Below, one piece after another: positions 51,313-60,608 of a stretch of DNA of 64,000 nucleotides. The notes under the pieces are model-generated. The model did no database searches, had not been told where the DNA came from, and saw nothing but the letters and a program-made list of their open reading frames with translations. Source of the stretch: an uncultured Planctomycetales bacterium (GTDB lineage: Bacteria > Omnitrophota > Gorgyraeia > Zapsychrales > Fredricksoniimonadaceae). Within the stretch, counting starts at the first letter, position 1; each line of letters begins with the position of its first letter. The DNA is taken from positions 15,300 through 79,299 of the forward strand of contig CAZNDZ010000001.1 in the NCBI GenBank assembly GCA_964572155.1. Reading direction: 5' to 3'. The translations under genes were made by a program, and so were the position numbers.

Positions 51313-51510
51313 ATGGCAAAGAAACCCGCACCTGCAAAAGTAAAATTCAATATTGCTGAATACAATAAAGGAAAAGATCTGCGCGAAAAGAACAGATTAA
51401 AGCTGTTTTACCCTACCTTAGTGAAGGTTTTGGTAGCCATTCCTGTCGTCTACTTCTTATTTTTGATTATTTACTTCTTAACCACTGCGAAGAACCTGCC
51501 TGAACGTTAA
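51313..51510 (+). CDS. Hypothetical small Lys-rich protein with one C-terminal TM helix (only plus-strand gene in this region)
   Basis: 65 aa, MAKKPAPAKVKF...VKVLVAIPVVYFLFLIIYFLTT. A TATAAT box ends 8 nt before the ATG and there is no SD, so possibly leaderless. Could also be a spurious ORF. Confidence 0.3.
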   Translation: MAKKPAPAKVKFNIAEYNKGKDLREKNRLKLFYPTLVKVLVAIPVVYFLFLIIYFLTTAKNLPER

Positions 51511-52787
51511 AACTTGTAGATAAAAACGATGAAGTATCTGGATCTTGACTTATAGAATCCAAAGGTATTGCTGGGATCTCCGGCGAAGATATCCATACCA
51601 ATCTTAACTTGCCAATGGCTATTGATATTGTATTTTAAACTGGGGCGATAGAGGAAATCGGGGCTGTCAAGGCTTGCCAACATCATAAATTCGGCATCAA
51701 GCTTGTGATTTAAGAAGTCGCGCGATACTCGAAACGATGCACCATTAGAAAACCGATGTTCATTATAGAACGATTCATTGTAATCCAAGACCACCTTTTG
51801 AAAATATTGTACGCCCACATTGATCTTATCGAAAAACGTCTTATCCATCCCCAAAACATAGGTTAAATCATCACTGCGTGCCACCCCATCGTCATCACTT
51901 GGATCTAAAGAGGAAAAATAATTGTCTTTATTAAAAACAAACTCACCGCTGATGACGGTCTCACCGACTTCTTTTGAAAAAGAACCGCCAAATGAATTAA
52001 GACGCTTATATTGAGGATCGAAATTATAAACACCACTGCCGCTAATCGTGCGAAATGCCACGGGCGCATGCGTCCAACTATACACATAAAATGCCCCAAG
52101 ATCGTAGCCGCCAAGTAAGTAAGATACACGCGCACCAGCCTTGGCATCACTAAAACCATAAGGTTGTTTTGGGTCAGCTGTTGTAAAGGAAACACCTGGC
52201 GGCACTGGCAAAGGATTAGCAAATTCAGCCCCATCAACACCCATCCGATCAAATTCTGGAGCAGGGATGATAAATGTTTCCGCATGAAATTTATCGCGCG
52301 TATATTCCACATCTGCACCCCACTCAGGAGTTCGGATTTGATCGAAATCCATGAGTGTATTCTTGCGATAATCCTTGGCATTCACAATATCGGCAACAAA
52401 AGCGCCAACCGCATCACCCCAAACAATTTGCTGTTTGCCTAGACGCACGTCCCAAGGACCGTTGGAATAATCCAGATAGGTGTCGCGCAGATCAGCTTGC
52501 AGGCGTTCATCGGAGGCCGCATTGACCGAATAATTGTCTTGATCAAACGCCGCGTCATAATTAAATCTACCGCTAACACGATAATGCAAGGTTTTTGTCA
52601 AATCACCGGAGCCATCTAAAATCACTTGTGATTGGATGTTGGAAAATTTATCTGAGGCATACATGTGACGCGCCAAGGTTTGCGACATCGAACCATGCAA
52701 GACAAAAAGATTCTCATCCGCTGCAGCTAAAGTGCTGCATGCGCAAACCATCAACAACAAACCAAATGCACGGATTTGAATTTTCAT
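51507..52787 (-). CDS. Putative outer-membrane beta-barrel protein
   Basis: Signal peptide (LLLMVCACSTLAAADE). Tyr/Gly/Asp-rich alternating pattern. C-terminus YFIVFIYKF ends in Phe. 426 aa. Confidence 0.5.
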   Translation of the reverse strand: MKIQIRAFGLLLMVCACSTLAAADENLFVLHGSMSQTLARHMYASDKFSNIQSQVILDGSGDLTKTLHYRVSGRFNYDAAFDQDNYSVNAASDERLQADLRDTYLDYSNGPWDVRLGKQQIVWGDAVGAFVADIVNAKDYRKNTLMDFDQIRTPEWGADVEYTRDKFHAETFIIPAPEFDRMGVDGAEFANPLPVPPGVSFTTADPKQPYGFSDAKAGARVSYLLGGYDLGAFYVYSWTHAPVAFRTISGSGVYNFDPQYKRLNSFGGSFSKEVGETVISGEFVFNKDNYFSSLDPSDDDGVARSDDLTYVLGMDKTFFDKINVGVQYFQKVVLDYNESFYNEHRFSNGASFRVSRDFLNHKLDAEFMMLASLDSPDFLYRPSLKYNINSHWQVKIGMDIFAGDPSNTFGFYKSRSRYFIVFIYKF

Positions 52788-52805
52788 GCGTATAAAAAGA
52801 CTGCG

Positions 52806-53549
52806 TTAATAAGCCAATTTTTTTAAATACTCTTTGGAAAAATATTTTTCTGGAATTTCTTGTATCGTAATATCGCCATATTCAATCGTCGAATATTGAC
52901 CTTTCATAACGGCATCAGACAATACCAGCTTTGATGGACGCTCTGCACCTCCCAATGTCTTATAATTCTCATAACTACATGTCTTCAAAAACCTACCACT
53001 GATGGCATAAAATTCTGCTTTTAATGGCCAAAATGTATCATGTTCAGCCCATAAAATGACTTTGCCGTAGGTCGCCGTATCTGTTTTAGCTTTTAATTCC
53101 AATACATAATATTTTTTACCATTAATATCATCATCACGTAGCATGGTGGCATTATAGTCGCCGGAAAAATTGGTGCGGGCTATATCGCCATTGCTCACAT
53201 CCCCTGTTAACTTTTCTTGTAGTGAAATGCGCAAAGGTTTGGCAACTTCGGGAAAGAATGCCCAGAAATCTGGGCCACGCATTAATAATGATCGCCCTCG
53301 TTCCGTTTGAGGCTCTATGGTCTTGATGATGGTATTATCTTTCCCCTTTAACAATACTTCATACTTTGCCATGCGCTGCGCACGATTGGGCTTATAGCTA
53401 GTCACCGTGGCAATGCTCGAATGATCCTCAGCCACATTACGCACCCCGTCAACCTTAGCCACAATCTCATCCGGTGTTAATTGTGCCCATGTTGCCGTCG
53501 ATAAAATACATGCCGCAATGGTGGTAACCATCAAAAATGAATGTCTCAC
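52806..53549 (-). CDS. Outer-membrane lipoprotein-sorting protein (LolA-like fold, PF17131-type)
   Basis: Signal peptide, then QLTPDEIVAKVDGVRN...F.P......ISLQEKL, the characteristic start of LolA_like proteins that accompany FtsX-type ABC transporters. 247 aa. Confidence 0.55.
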   Translation of the reverse strand: MRHSFLMVTTIAACILSTATWAQLTPDEIVAKVDGVRNVAEDHSSIATVTSYKPNRAQRMAKYEVLLKGKDNTIIKTIEPQTERGRSLLMRGPDFWAFFPEVAKPLRISLQEKLTGDVSNGDIARTNFSGDYNATMLRDDDINGKKYYVLELKAKTDTATYGKVILWAEHDTFWPLKAEFYAISGRFLKTCSYENYKTLGGAERPSKLVLSDAVMKGQYSTIEYGDITIQEIPEKYFSKEYLKKLAY

Positions 53550-53553
53550 AAGT

Positions 53554-54423
53554 TTACTCCGTCTTTAATGTTAGCGAATAAATCATGCGTTTTAAACGTT
53601 GTAAAGGGCTTTTCATCCCTAAAGGATAATATCGTTGATTCACCTGTTGGGTGAACATATCAAACTGATAAATATGCGGCGCATAATCAACCTTGGCTTT
53701 GCCTGTTAACATCTTGACGGTTTCTGTGCTCGACAAAGCCCCAACCAGCATAAGCCCAGGGCAAACACTAGCCCCTCGACGCTGCTTCGGATTCAATACC
53801 CGAGAGCGATCAAGGTATTTTAAACAAAATGGATTTGGATTTAAGCCCGCAATCATGGTTAAAATTTTTTGAGTAGGATCAAGCTTGTCGGAAAAATCAA
53901 AATATTCATCAAAGCTCATGCCTGTTGGAGAAAACATGATCATCGTCGCCCCAAAACCCATGGGTGCACATGTTAAAGACGGGATGCCTTTAAGCCGCGT
54001 GTGACGAAAGAATAAACGTTTGACCTCGATCTCATAGAGATCAATTCCATCTAATGCCACATCAACACCGTCTAAGAATGCTGTGATATTTTCTGGGTTA
54101 ATGCCTTTGGAAAAAACTTCCACCTTCGCTTGTGGATTGATATCTAAGATCATCTGACGCATGACCTCGCATTTGTCCACACCGATCGTCGACATCGTCG
54201 CACCCATTTGTCGATTCATATTGGTCATATCAAAGGTATCTAAATCCGCAATGCGAAAAGCACCGACACCTAAACGTGCTAAAGCCTGAGCTTGGTATCC
54301 ACCGGCCCCACCAACACCGGCAATGGCCACAAGCGAGCTTTTTAATTTAGCTTGTTGCTCCTCGGTGAGCCAACCTAAATTGCGATCAAATGCTTTTTCA
54401 TAAACAAATTCATTAGCCGGCAT
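53554..54423 (-). CDS. ThiF/MoeB/HesA-family E1-like adenylyltransferase
   Basis: SLVAIAGVGGAGGYQAQALARLGVGAFRIADLDTFDMTNMNRQ is the nucleotide-binding Rossmann motif of E1-like enzymes. 289 aa. Not part of the thi operon. Confidence 0.7.
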   Translation of the reverse strand: MPANEFVYEKAFDRNLGWLTEEQQAKLKSSLVAIAGVGGAGGYQAQALARLGVGAFRIADLDTFDMTNMNRQMGATMSTIGVDKCEVMRQMILDINPQAKVEVFSKGINPENITAFLDGVDVALDGIDLYEIEVKRLFFRHTRLKGIPSLTCAPMGFGATMIMFSPTGMSFDEYFDFSDKLDPTQKILTMIAGLNPNPFCLKYLDRSRVLNPKQRRGASVCPGLMLVGALSSTETVKMLTGKAKVDYAPHIYQFDMFTQQVNQRYYPLGMKSPLQRLKRMIYSLTLKTE

Positions 54424-54425
54424 GA

Positions 54426-54914
54426 TTATGAGCTTTCCGTCTTAGGTGAATATTTTTCTTTATAATATTTTTTCAAATCTTGGGGCGTATGGTTATGTTG
54501 CAAAAAATTTGCGCGCCATGTTTTGGCTTTATGGCAATGAGGCAAATCTTTATTTTGTATCGGGCAGTAGCGTTTTTCTATTTCATTGGTGATGGCCAAG
54601 GTCCATTGCAAGGTGCCGTTCGCCCACTCGCAATATTCACACCACATCTTATCCATGAATCCCATGTGAGGCACTTTGTGACGATCATATTGAAAAAAGT
54701 TTTTAGGATCGACGGGTTTTTGCCCACGCAGGCTAAAATACGCCCAATTAAAAAAGAACGTGTACAAATATAAGGGCAACAAAAATATGGCAAAAGAAAC
54801 CATGACGGGATAACCCAATAACGGGGTTAAAGGCCCGAGGGGTTGTTTGTGACCTTCACAACAACTAAGCTCTTTTAAACAAGCTTGGACACTTACTTTT
54901 TCTGTATTAGACAT
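54426..54914 (-). CDS. Cys/His-rich single-pass membrane protein of unknown function
   Basis: 162 aa, one TM (GYPVMVSFAIFLLPLYLYTFFF). Cys/His clusters (CLKELSCCEGH, CEYCEW, CP...HCH). 2-nt gap to the ThiF-like gene. Confidence 0.4.
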   Translation of the reverse strand: MSNTEKVSVQACLKELSCCEGHKQPLGPLTPLLGYPVMVSFAIFLLPLYLYTFFFNWAYFSLRGQKPVDPKNFFQYDRHKVPHMGFMDKMWCEYCEWANGTLQWTLAITNEIEKRYCPIQNKDLPHCHKAKTWRANFLQHNHTPQDLKKYYKEKYSPKTESS

Positions 54915-54973
54915 AGGAAACCTTTCTATGGTTAGAATACCATAGCCTCGGCGTGAATTAATAAATAATTTGA

Positions 54974-56194
54974 TTAAATTTCGTAGATTTCTTTAAGGTA
55001 AGCTTGATGCTCGGGCTTGAAGTTATTCCAGAATGTGCTGTTTTTAACAAGGCCTTGTACAAACGGTTTAGACAAGGTGAAATCCATGTTAAAGGTGCGT
55101 GGGTATTTCGTTTCTTTAAAGAAGTACATGCCTGGGCCTTCTTTAAGCAACATCGTATGGCGATAAGCATCCGGGATGCTTAATTTCATCAACACCGCCG
55201 GAGCAGCGTTGGCACCATGATAGGCTTTTGCTGGGCTGATGGTTTCAAAATTCAAATATTTGTATAAGAATTCATGGCGTGGATGACAACCGATGATAAA
55301 ATCCGTAACCTTATTCGACGCACGTGCATAATCGAACATCGTCTTGTATAACTTATATAGATACGCTTGTTTCTGGAAATTCTTAAACGAGTATTGCTTC
55401 ATGTTCACATGTTGAGAATTTAACGCCAATGCGCCTACTTCCGCAATCTTCTTGCCTTGTGCACGCAGGTTCTTAATTTCTTCAGGAAAAATTGTTTCCA
55501 TCGGAATGCCCATCGGTGAATCTGCCACCAAACACATGGTCCCTAAAAGTTTTTCATCTTTGCGAAGCAAGAAGGTGCGTGATCCGGGAACAAAACTATA
55601 AGAATTATAAAACATGTTTTCTTGATTAGGCACACACAACTTGCGTGACAAATATTCTTGATACACCAACGCATATGCCGCTTTTAATTCATCCAAATCA
55701 TCGACGTCTAAACCACTACAATCTGCCGTATATTTTTCTAAGAACCAGCTATTAATATCAGCCAAACTCCAAAGCACATTATTTAATTGATGAAATTTGA
55801 TCGCTTTTTCTTTAAACGCAATGTGACATAGGTTCTGATTATTTTTACCTGTAGAAAAACCAACAACCTTGCCCGTTAATTTAAAAACTTCACGGACATT
55901 CATATTCTTCTTGGGTATCTCAACATCAATGGCTTCTCCAACTTCAACCAAACCACTAACTTCAATGCACATACCGCTACGAGAAATATTAACCGTCTTT
56001 GACATTTCCCACGTAGGATTAACTTGATTTGATAATTGGTAATATATAGGAATGACTTTATTAATGCGGTTTTCGCGGCGTAATTCATCCACAAAAACAG
56101 TTTTCATAATACTGGAAGATAACTGCTGAAGCCCTTCTTCCAAATGTTCGAAGGGATTGCTTGATTCTGTAGTATGGTCCAACTTGAATTTCAT
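54974..56194 (-). CDS. Fusion of an N-terminal PilZ domain with a C-terminal GNAT-fold N-acyltransferase of the FeeM/OlsB/autoinducer-synthase-like family (Acetyltransf_5)
   Basis: PilZ motifs ELRRENRI (RxxxR) and NISRSGMCIEV (NxSxxG). The C-terminal about 250 aa (LKAAYALVYQEYL..., FLLRKDEKLLGTMCLVADSPMGIPME, IAEVGALAL) fits the N-acyl-amino-acid synthase family pattern. Confidence 0.5.
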   Translation of the reverse strand: MKFKLDHTTESSNPFEHLEEGLQQLSSSIMKTVFVDELRRENRINKVIPIYYQLSNQVNPTWEMSKTVNISRSGMCIEVSGLVEVGEAIDVEIPKKNMNVREVFKLTGKVVGFSTGKNNQNLCHIAFKEKAIKFHQLNNVLWSLADINSWFLEKYTADCSGLDVDDLDELKAAYALVYQEYLSRKLCVPNQENMFYNSYSFVPGSRTFLLRKDEKLLGTMCLVADSPMGIPMETIFPEEIKNLRAQGKKIAEVGALALNSQHVNMKQYSFKNFQKQAYLYKLYKTMFDYARASNKVTDFIIGCHPRHEFLYKYLNFETISPAKAYHGANAAPAVLMKLSIPDAYRHTMLLKEGPGMYFFKETKYPRTFNMDFTLSKPFVQGLVKNSTFWNNFKPEHQAYLKEIYEI

Positions 56195-56298
56195 GGGTAC
56201 TCCCTCTTTTCCACATACGTCCCGCTAACATTAGTTTAGCATGCAGGAACCCAAAAACAAGGTCTGGAGGCTGTATTTGAGAAAGCGGTTTCTTGAAA

Positions 56299-57564
56299 TT
56301 ATCGATGTCTTAGCGCGTCGGTGATGACGAGTTTGGAGGCGCGGTAGGCGGGACATAAGGAGGAAATGGCGCCGATGATAACGCAGAGGATAAAAGTGGT
56401 TAAAAGGACGCTTGGAACGATGCTGGGTTGGGATAACCAGTTCATGGTGCCGCCTGGTGCGGGGGGCATGACAATGCCGATAGCGGCAATTGAGGATACA
56501 ATGCCACTGCCAATCGCTAACCCTAAGGCCCCACCAATCGACCCCAACAATAAACCTTCCAATAAAAATAATTTCATGATGCCGCTACTCCTGATCCCTA
56601 AGGCCATAAGTGTACCTATCTCACTAATCCGCTCTAATACGGCCATATTCATGGTATTAAAAACACCTAAGATCACCACAATGGACACAACCACGCGCAT
56701 GATCAAATGGAACATGTCAAACAATTCAACGGTCTTTGTATAAAAGTCGGTGATTTCTCTCCAGTCTAAAACTTCTAAATCTAAATGATTCTCCTGGAAG
56801 ATGGCTTGAAGTTTTTTCTTCATAGCAACCGTATCATCGTCGTTGCGCAAATAAACAACCAACGTTTGCACAGAATCTGTGCCTAACAATTTCTGAGCTG
56901 TCTTTAAAGGAACACGCAAGAAAATGTCATCAAAACTTTTTACCCCTGAATAAAATACCGCCTTGGTATTTAAGTCCATGGCATTGGATGATCCGTTGAC
57001 GGTATTGGTCAATAACGTCACATTCATGCCCGGGTGCGCGTCCATGGTTTGCGCCAACCCTCTGGCTAGAGCAACTTCTTTAAAGTCGTCCGCCGCTAAA
57101 CTCTGCCCCTCTTCGACAATCGGTAAGCCTACACTCTCCCCCTTATATAACTTTCTTAAATTGAGTGTATCTGCCTTAAGGAGCATTTTCTCATATACTG
57201 GATTAACCCCTTGTCCATAAAATGAGACCGTAGTTTCCCCAGTACTTAAAAGACCCGCAAAAATAATGCGCGGTGCCACATAATCCACATCAGGGACAGC
57301 CTTAACCAATGCCTCTACTTTAGAAAGATCCTCGATAAAATAGCTATATGGATCAGTTTTGCCGTATTGAATAAAGCCCTTCTTATTGATCTGCAAATGA
57401 CCTGTTTGACTCTTAATGTAACTGGCGCGCATTTGCCAGAAGGTGTTTTCAAAGAAACCCCCAACAAAAATGAGCGCGGTACAGCCAAAGACAATCGTCG
57501 ACAACGTAATAAGCGACCTTGCCCGATGACGAAATATATTGCGAAATGCTAATTTAAACATCAT
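56299..57564 (-). CDS. FtsX-family ABC transporter permease (MacB/LolE-like) with a large periplasmic domain
   Basis: [34 protein letters not shown]-terminal TM1 signature, about 230-aa periplasmic domain, three C-terminal TMs. 421 aa. Confidence 0.8.
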   Translation of the reverse strand: MMFKLAFRNIFRHRARSLITLSTIVFGCTALIFVGGFFENTFWQMRASYIKSQTGHLQINKKGFIQYGKTDPYSYFIEDLSKVEALVKAVPDVDYVAPRIIFAGLLSTGETTVSFYGQGVNPVYEKMLLKADTLNLRKLYKGESVGLPIVEEGQSLAADDFKEVALARGLAQTMDAHPGMNVTLLTNTVNGSSNAMDLNTKAVFYSGVKSFDDIFLRVPLKTAQKLLGTDSVQTLVVYLRNDDDTVAMKKKLQAIFQENHLDLEVLDWREITDFYTKTVELFDMFHLIMRVVVSIVVILGVFNTMNMAVLERISEIGTLMALGIRSSGIMKLFLLEGLLLGSIGGALGLAIGSGIVSSIAAIGIVMPPAPGGTMNWLSQPSIVPSVLLTTFILCVIIGAISSLCPAYRASKLVITDALRHR

Positions 57565-59318
57565 GCGGTGATAACCCCATCCCAGATGCGCACCAATCGA
57601 TCGGCCTCATCCATGACTTTTTGATCGTGGGTTGAAAATATGTAAGTGATCTTCTTTTCACGACTGCTCTTCTTCATTAGCGCAATGATCTCTTCGCCTG
57701 TTTTATGATCGAGGTTCGCTGTTGGCTCGTCGGCTAAGATGAATAGTGGCTCACGCACCATGGCACGGGCAATGGCCACTCGTTGCTGTTGGCCGCCACT
57801 TAACTCTAAGGGCTTATGGTTGGCATGCTTCGATAAACCAACTGCATCCAATGCCGCCAACGCTTTACGTCGACGCTCTTGCGGTGTCATAGTCTTTTGT
57901 AACAATGGAAACTCAACATTCTCAACAGCTGAAAGCACAGGCAACAAATTAAAATTCTGAAAAATAAAACTAATCTTATGCGCCCGCAAATCAGCCAACG
58001 CATCGGGCGATAATTTCGACACATCTTGACCATCGATGATCACCTGTCCGGAACTAGCCGTGTCAATGCAACCAATGATATTGAGCAACGTCGTCTTACC
58101 GCTGCCCGACGGGCCAGCAATGGCTAAAAATTCCCCACGGCCAACGCTTAAATTGATGCCTTTAAGCACATCGACGCGGTTCTTGTTTAAAAAATAGCTT
58201 TTATTAACATTGCTGATATTAATTAACGACATATGATTATCCTTATTGACGGCATCTTTGACCATGATCTCATTTAACGACAGCCGAATTGACCGTGATG
58301 TTTTAGGTTTAGCAAATCCAACCCGCCCCATCCACACCAAATTCTTACGAATACTGTCACTCCCTAACAATGTTGATAAGTCCTCTTTAATATCCATCGC
58401 TTTTTCTTTTACATGCGGCATGGTCGACAAAACCTTACCCTCATCAAGATACTTTGAAAAAAGCATGGGTGTATACGACGGCTGATGCGACAATCCTTGG
58501 GATGTTAGTGCCAACCAAAAGCGTTGGATAGCTCTACCCGCCGCTATCCAATCCTCAGGCGTTGTAGGTGTTTTATCAGTGACGATGGCAATGCCAGCAG
58601 AGCACATGATGTTGGGCAATAATTCCAACTTCAATGCGGTCATATAATGACCTAACATCAAACGGTTATAGGCTTCCATGCGTTGCGGTTTACCTAAGAA
58701 CCAACGCATGATCGGCAAGAATAGTGTTGGCATACCTAAAGCCTTAGACGGAATTCGATCAGGACTTAAGTCGTGTTCCCAATCAACAATCTTGCTGTGC
58801 ACATCAAACATTTCTGGAATTAAATACCGTAACGCTGCTGATTTGAAAATGAGCGAAGCAAAATCCATTTTTTGTTTATCTTCAAACCATAAAATCTTAT
58901 ACCCCGACGGCATTTGTGCTTCTATATTTTTCTTTTCCGTATCTTTTAACGGTGTCATGGCATATGTGAAACGATTGACCATCCGGTGTTCGATGAAACG
59001 GGCTAATGGATCAACCTTAGGATTTTGTGATTTTGAAACAACGACACGATAAACCGGCGCTTTGCCTAGTTGTGGTGGATCTACCTTATCAACAACGATA
59101 TCAAATCCCAAAGCCCCTGCTGCTGTATGCATATTTTCCAAAAAACAGCCTAAGGCAATATGATCAGAATGTCGATTTAGATGAAAGATGGTGTCGAGCA
59201 AATACCCCGTTGTGACCTCACAAGCATCCTCCGCGATCATCTTAACCCGCCATGCCTGTTCATTGTCTCCGCTGGGCGCCCATCGAGCTTTATCTAAAAG
59301 TTTTTCAATATGTGTCAC
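57561..59318 (-). CDS. Fusion: N-terminal nitroreductase-like domain (about 360 aa) + C-terminal LolD/MacB-type ABC ATPase
   Basis: N-terminus [13 protein letters not shown] matches the nitroreductase APSxxNxQPW signature, plus HRMVNRFTY (RxSxRxF-like). C-terminus [13 protein letters not shown] (Walker A), [14 protein letters not shown] (ABC signature), ILADEPT (Walker B). ATGA overlap with the downstream FtsX gene. Confidence 0.65.
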   Translation of the reverse strand: MTHIEKLLDKARWAPSGDNEQAWRVKMIAEDACEVTTGYLLDTIFHLNRHSDHIALGCFLENMHTAAGALGFDIVVDKVDPPQLGKAPVYRVVVSKSQNPKVDPLARFIEHRMVNRFTYAMTPLKDTEKKNIEAQMPSGYKILWFEDKQKMDFASLIFKSAALRYLIPEMFDVHSKIVDWEHDLSPDRIPSKALGMPTLFLPIMRWFLGKPQRMEAYNRLMLGHYMTALKLELLPNIMCSAGIAIVTDKTPTTPEDWIAAGRAIQRFWLALTSQGLSHQPSYTPMLFSKYLDEGKVLSTMPHVKEKAMDIKEDLSTLLGSDSIRKNLVWMGRVGFAKPKTSRSIRLSLNEIMVKDAVNKDNHMSLINISNVNKSYFLNKNRVDVLKGINLSVGRGEFLAIAGPSGSGKTTLLNIIGCIDTASSGQVIIDGQDVSKLSPDALADLRAHKISFIFQNFNLLPVLSAVENVEFPLLQKTMTPQERRRKALAALDAVGLSKHANHKPLELSGGQQQRVAIARAMVREPLFILADEPTANLDHKTGEEIIALMKKSSREKKITYIFSTHDQKVMDEADRLVRIWDGVITA

Positions 59319-59339
59319 AATAAACCTCCCCCAATCAAA

Positions 59340-60608
59340 CTACCTGTAACGCAATGCTTCGACAATATTAAGCCGCGATGCCCTGCATGCAGGAAACCAC
59401 GACGATATTCCGCCAATCATGGTTGATAAAAAAAATGTAAATACCATCACCGAAGGCACAATGACTGGCTGAGAAATCCAACTCATGGTGGTTCCCGGCG
59501 ACGGCGGCATCACAATCCCAACCTTGCTAATACCAAAAACAATCACACATCCCATGCTCACACCAATCAAACCACCGACCATCCCCAAGAGGATGCCTTC
59601 GTATAAAAACAATGTCAAAATGCCTTTGCGTTTAACACCCATGGCCATGATGGTGCCAATTTCACTAAAACGTTCCATGACCGACATGTTCATGGTGTTA
59701 AAAATTCCCAAAATAACGGCGATGGATATAACAATGCGCATCACCCAATGGAATGTATTAAATAGATCTGCTGTCTTTACATAGAAATCAGAAAGCTCGT
59801 CCCATGTTTTAATTTCTAAATCATAGTGATACAACTTAAACAAGCGCTCTAGCCCTGCTTTCACCTTTAAGGTATCGTTGGTATTATGCAACTTCACAAC
59901 AATGTTTTGAACCGATGTTGTATTGAGCATTGATTGCGCTGTGGCTAAGGACATTCTAACGGTCATGTCATCATAATTCTTATCTGACGTTGCCATTACG
60001 CCTTTGACGTGCATGTCCATGGCATTAACACCGCCATGGACGGTATTGGTCATCACCGTCACAAATGCCCCTGGCTTCACATTAAGCGCTTCTGACAAAC
60101 CTTTGCCAATGATCAACGTTTCTGGCACATCTTGGGCGCTTAAACCATCCCCCACAATGATTTCACCTAATCCATTATCATCAGGACTTATCGATGTCGA
60201 TTTTCGGTCTTTGTATTTTGACGTTAAGAAGGTGCGGTCAAAATCAATGTTAACACCTTGACCCATGCATGGCAGTGAAGCATCGCCCAAATTGATAAGA
60301 CCAGAAAACTGCAAACGCGAACCAACCGATTTTACTTGTGGGATCTTATGAATCACATCCGCAATGGCTTGCGGGTCGCTAATGAGATAACTATAGGGCG
60401 AAATCTTGCTGTTTTTTTCGTAACCCGCTTTGAATATCTGAAGATGTCCAATTTGAGCATTGATGTAACTTTCTTTCATTTGAGTTAACGCATCGGTGAA
60501 GAATCCAGCGACAAACATGAGAGCGACACAACCAAAAGCAATCGTTGATAATGAAATGATCGATCGCGCTTTATGTCTAAAAATATTTCGCAAGGCAATA
60601 TTAAACAT
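59340..60608 (-). CDS. FtsX-family ABC transporter permease (LolC/MacB-like), paralog of 56299..57564
   Basis: MFNIALRNIFRHKARSIISLSTIAFGCVALMF and the same architecture as the paralog. The longest ORF extends to 60653, but the Met at 60608 aligns with the paralog start. Confidence 0.75.
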   Translation of the reverse strand: MFNIALRNIFRHKARSIISLSTIAFGCVALMFVAGFFTDALTQMKESYINAQIGHLQIFKAGYEKNSKISPYSYLISDPQAIADVIHKIPQVKSVGSRLQFSGLINLGDASLPCMGQGVNIDFDRTFLTSKYKDRKSTSISPDDNGLGEIIVGDGLSAQDVPETLIIGKGLSEALNVKPGAFVTVMTNTVHGGVNAMDMHVKGVMATSDKNYDDMTVRMSLATAQSMLNTTSVQNIVVKLHNTNDTLKVKAGLERLFKLYHYDLEIKTWDELSDFYVKTADLFNTFHWVMRIVISIAVILGIFNTMNMSVMERFSEIGTIMAMGVKRKGILTLFLYEGILLGMVGGLIGVSMGCVIVFGISKVGIVMPPSPGTTMSWISQPVIVPSVMVFTFFLSTMIGGISSWFPACRASRLNIVEALRYR

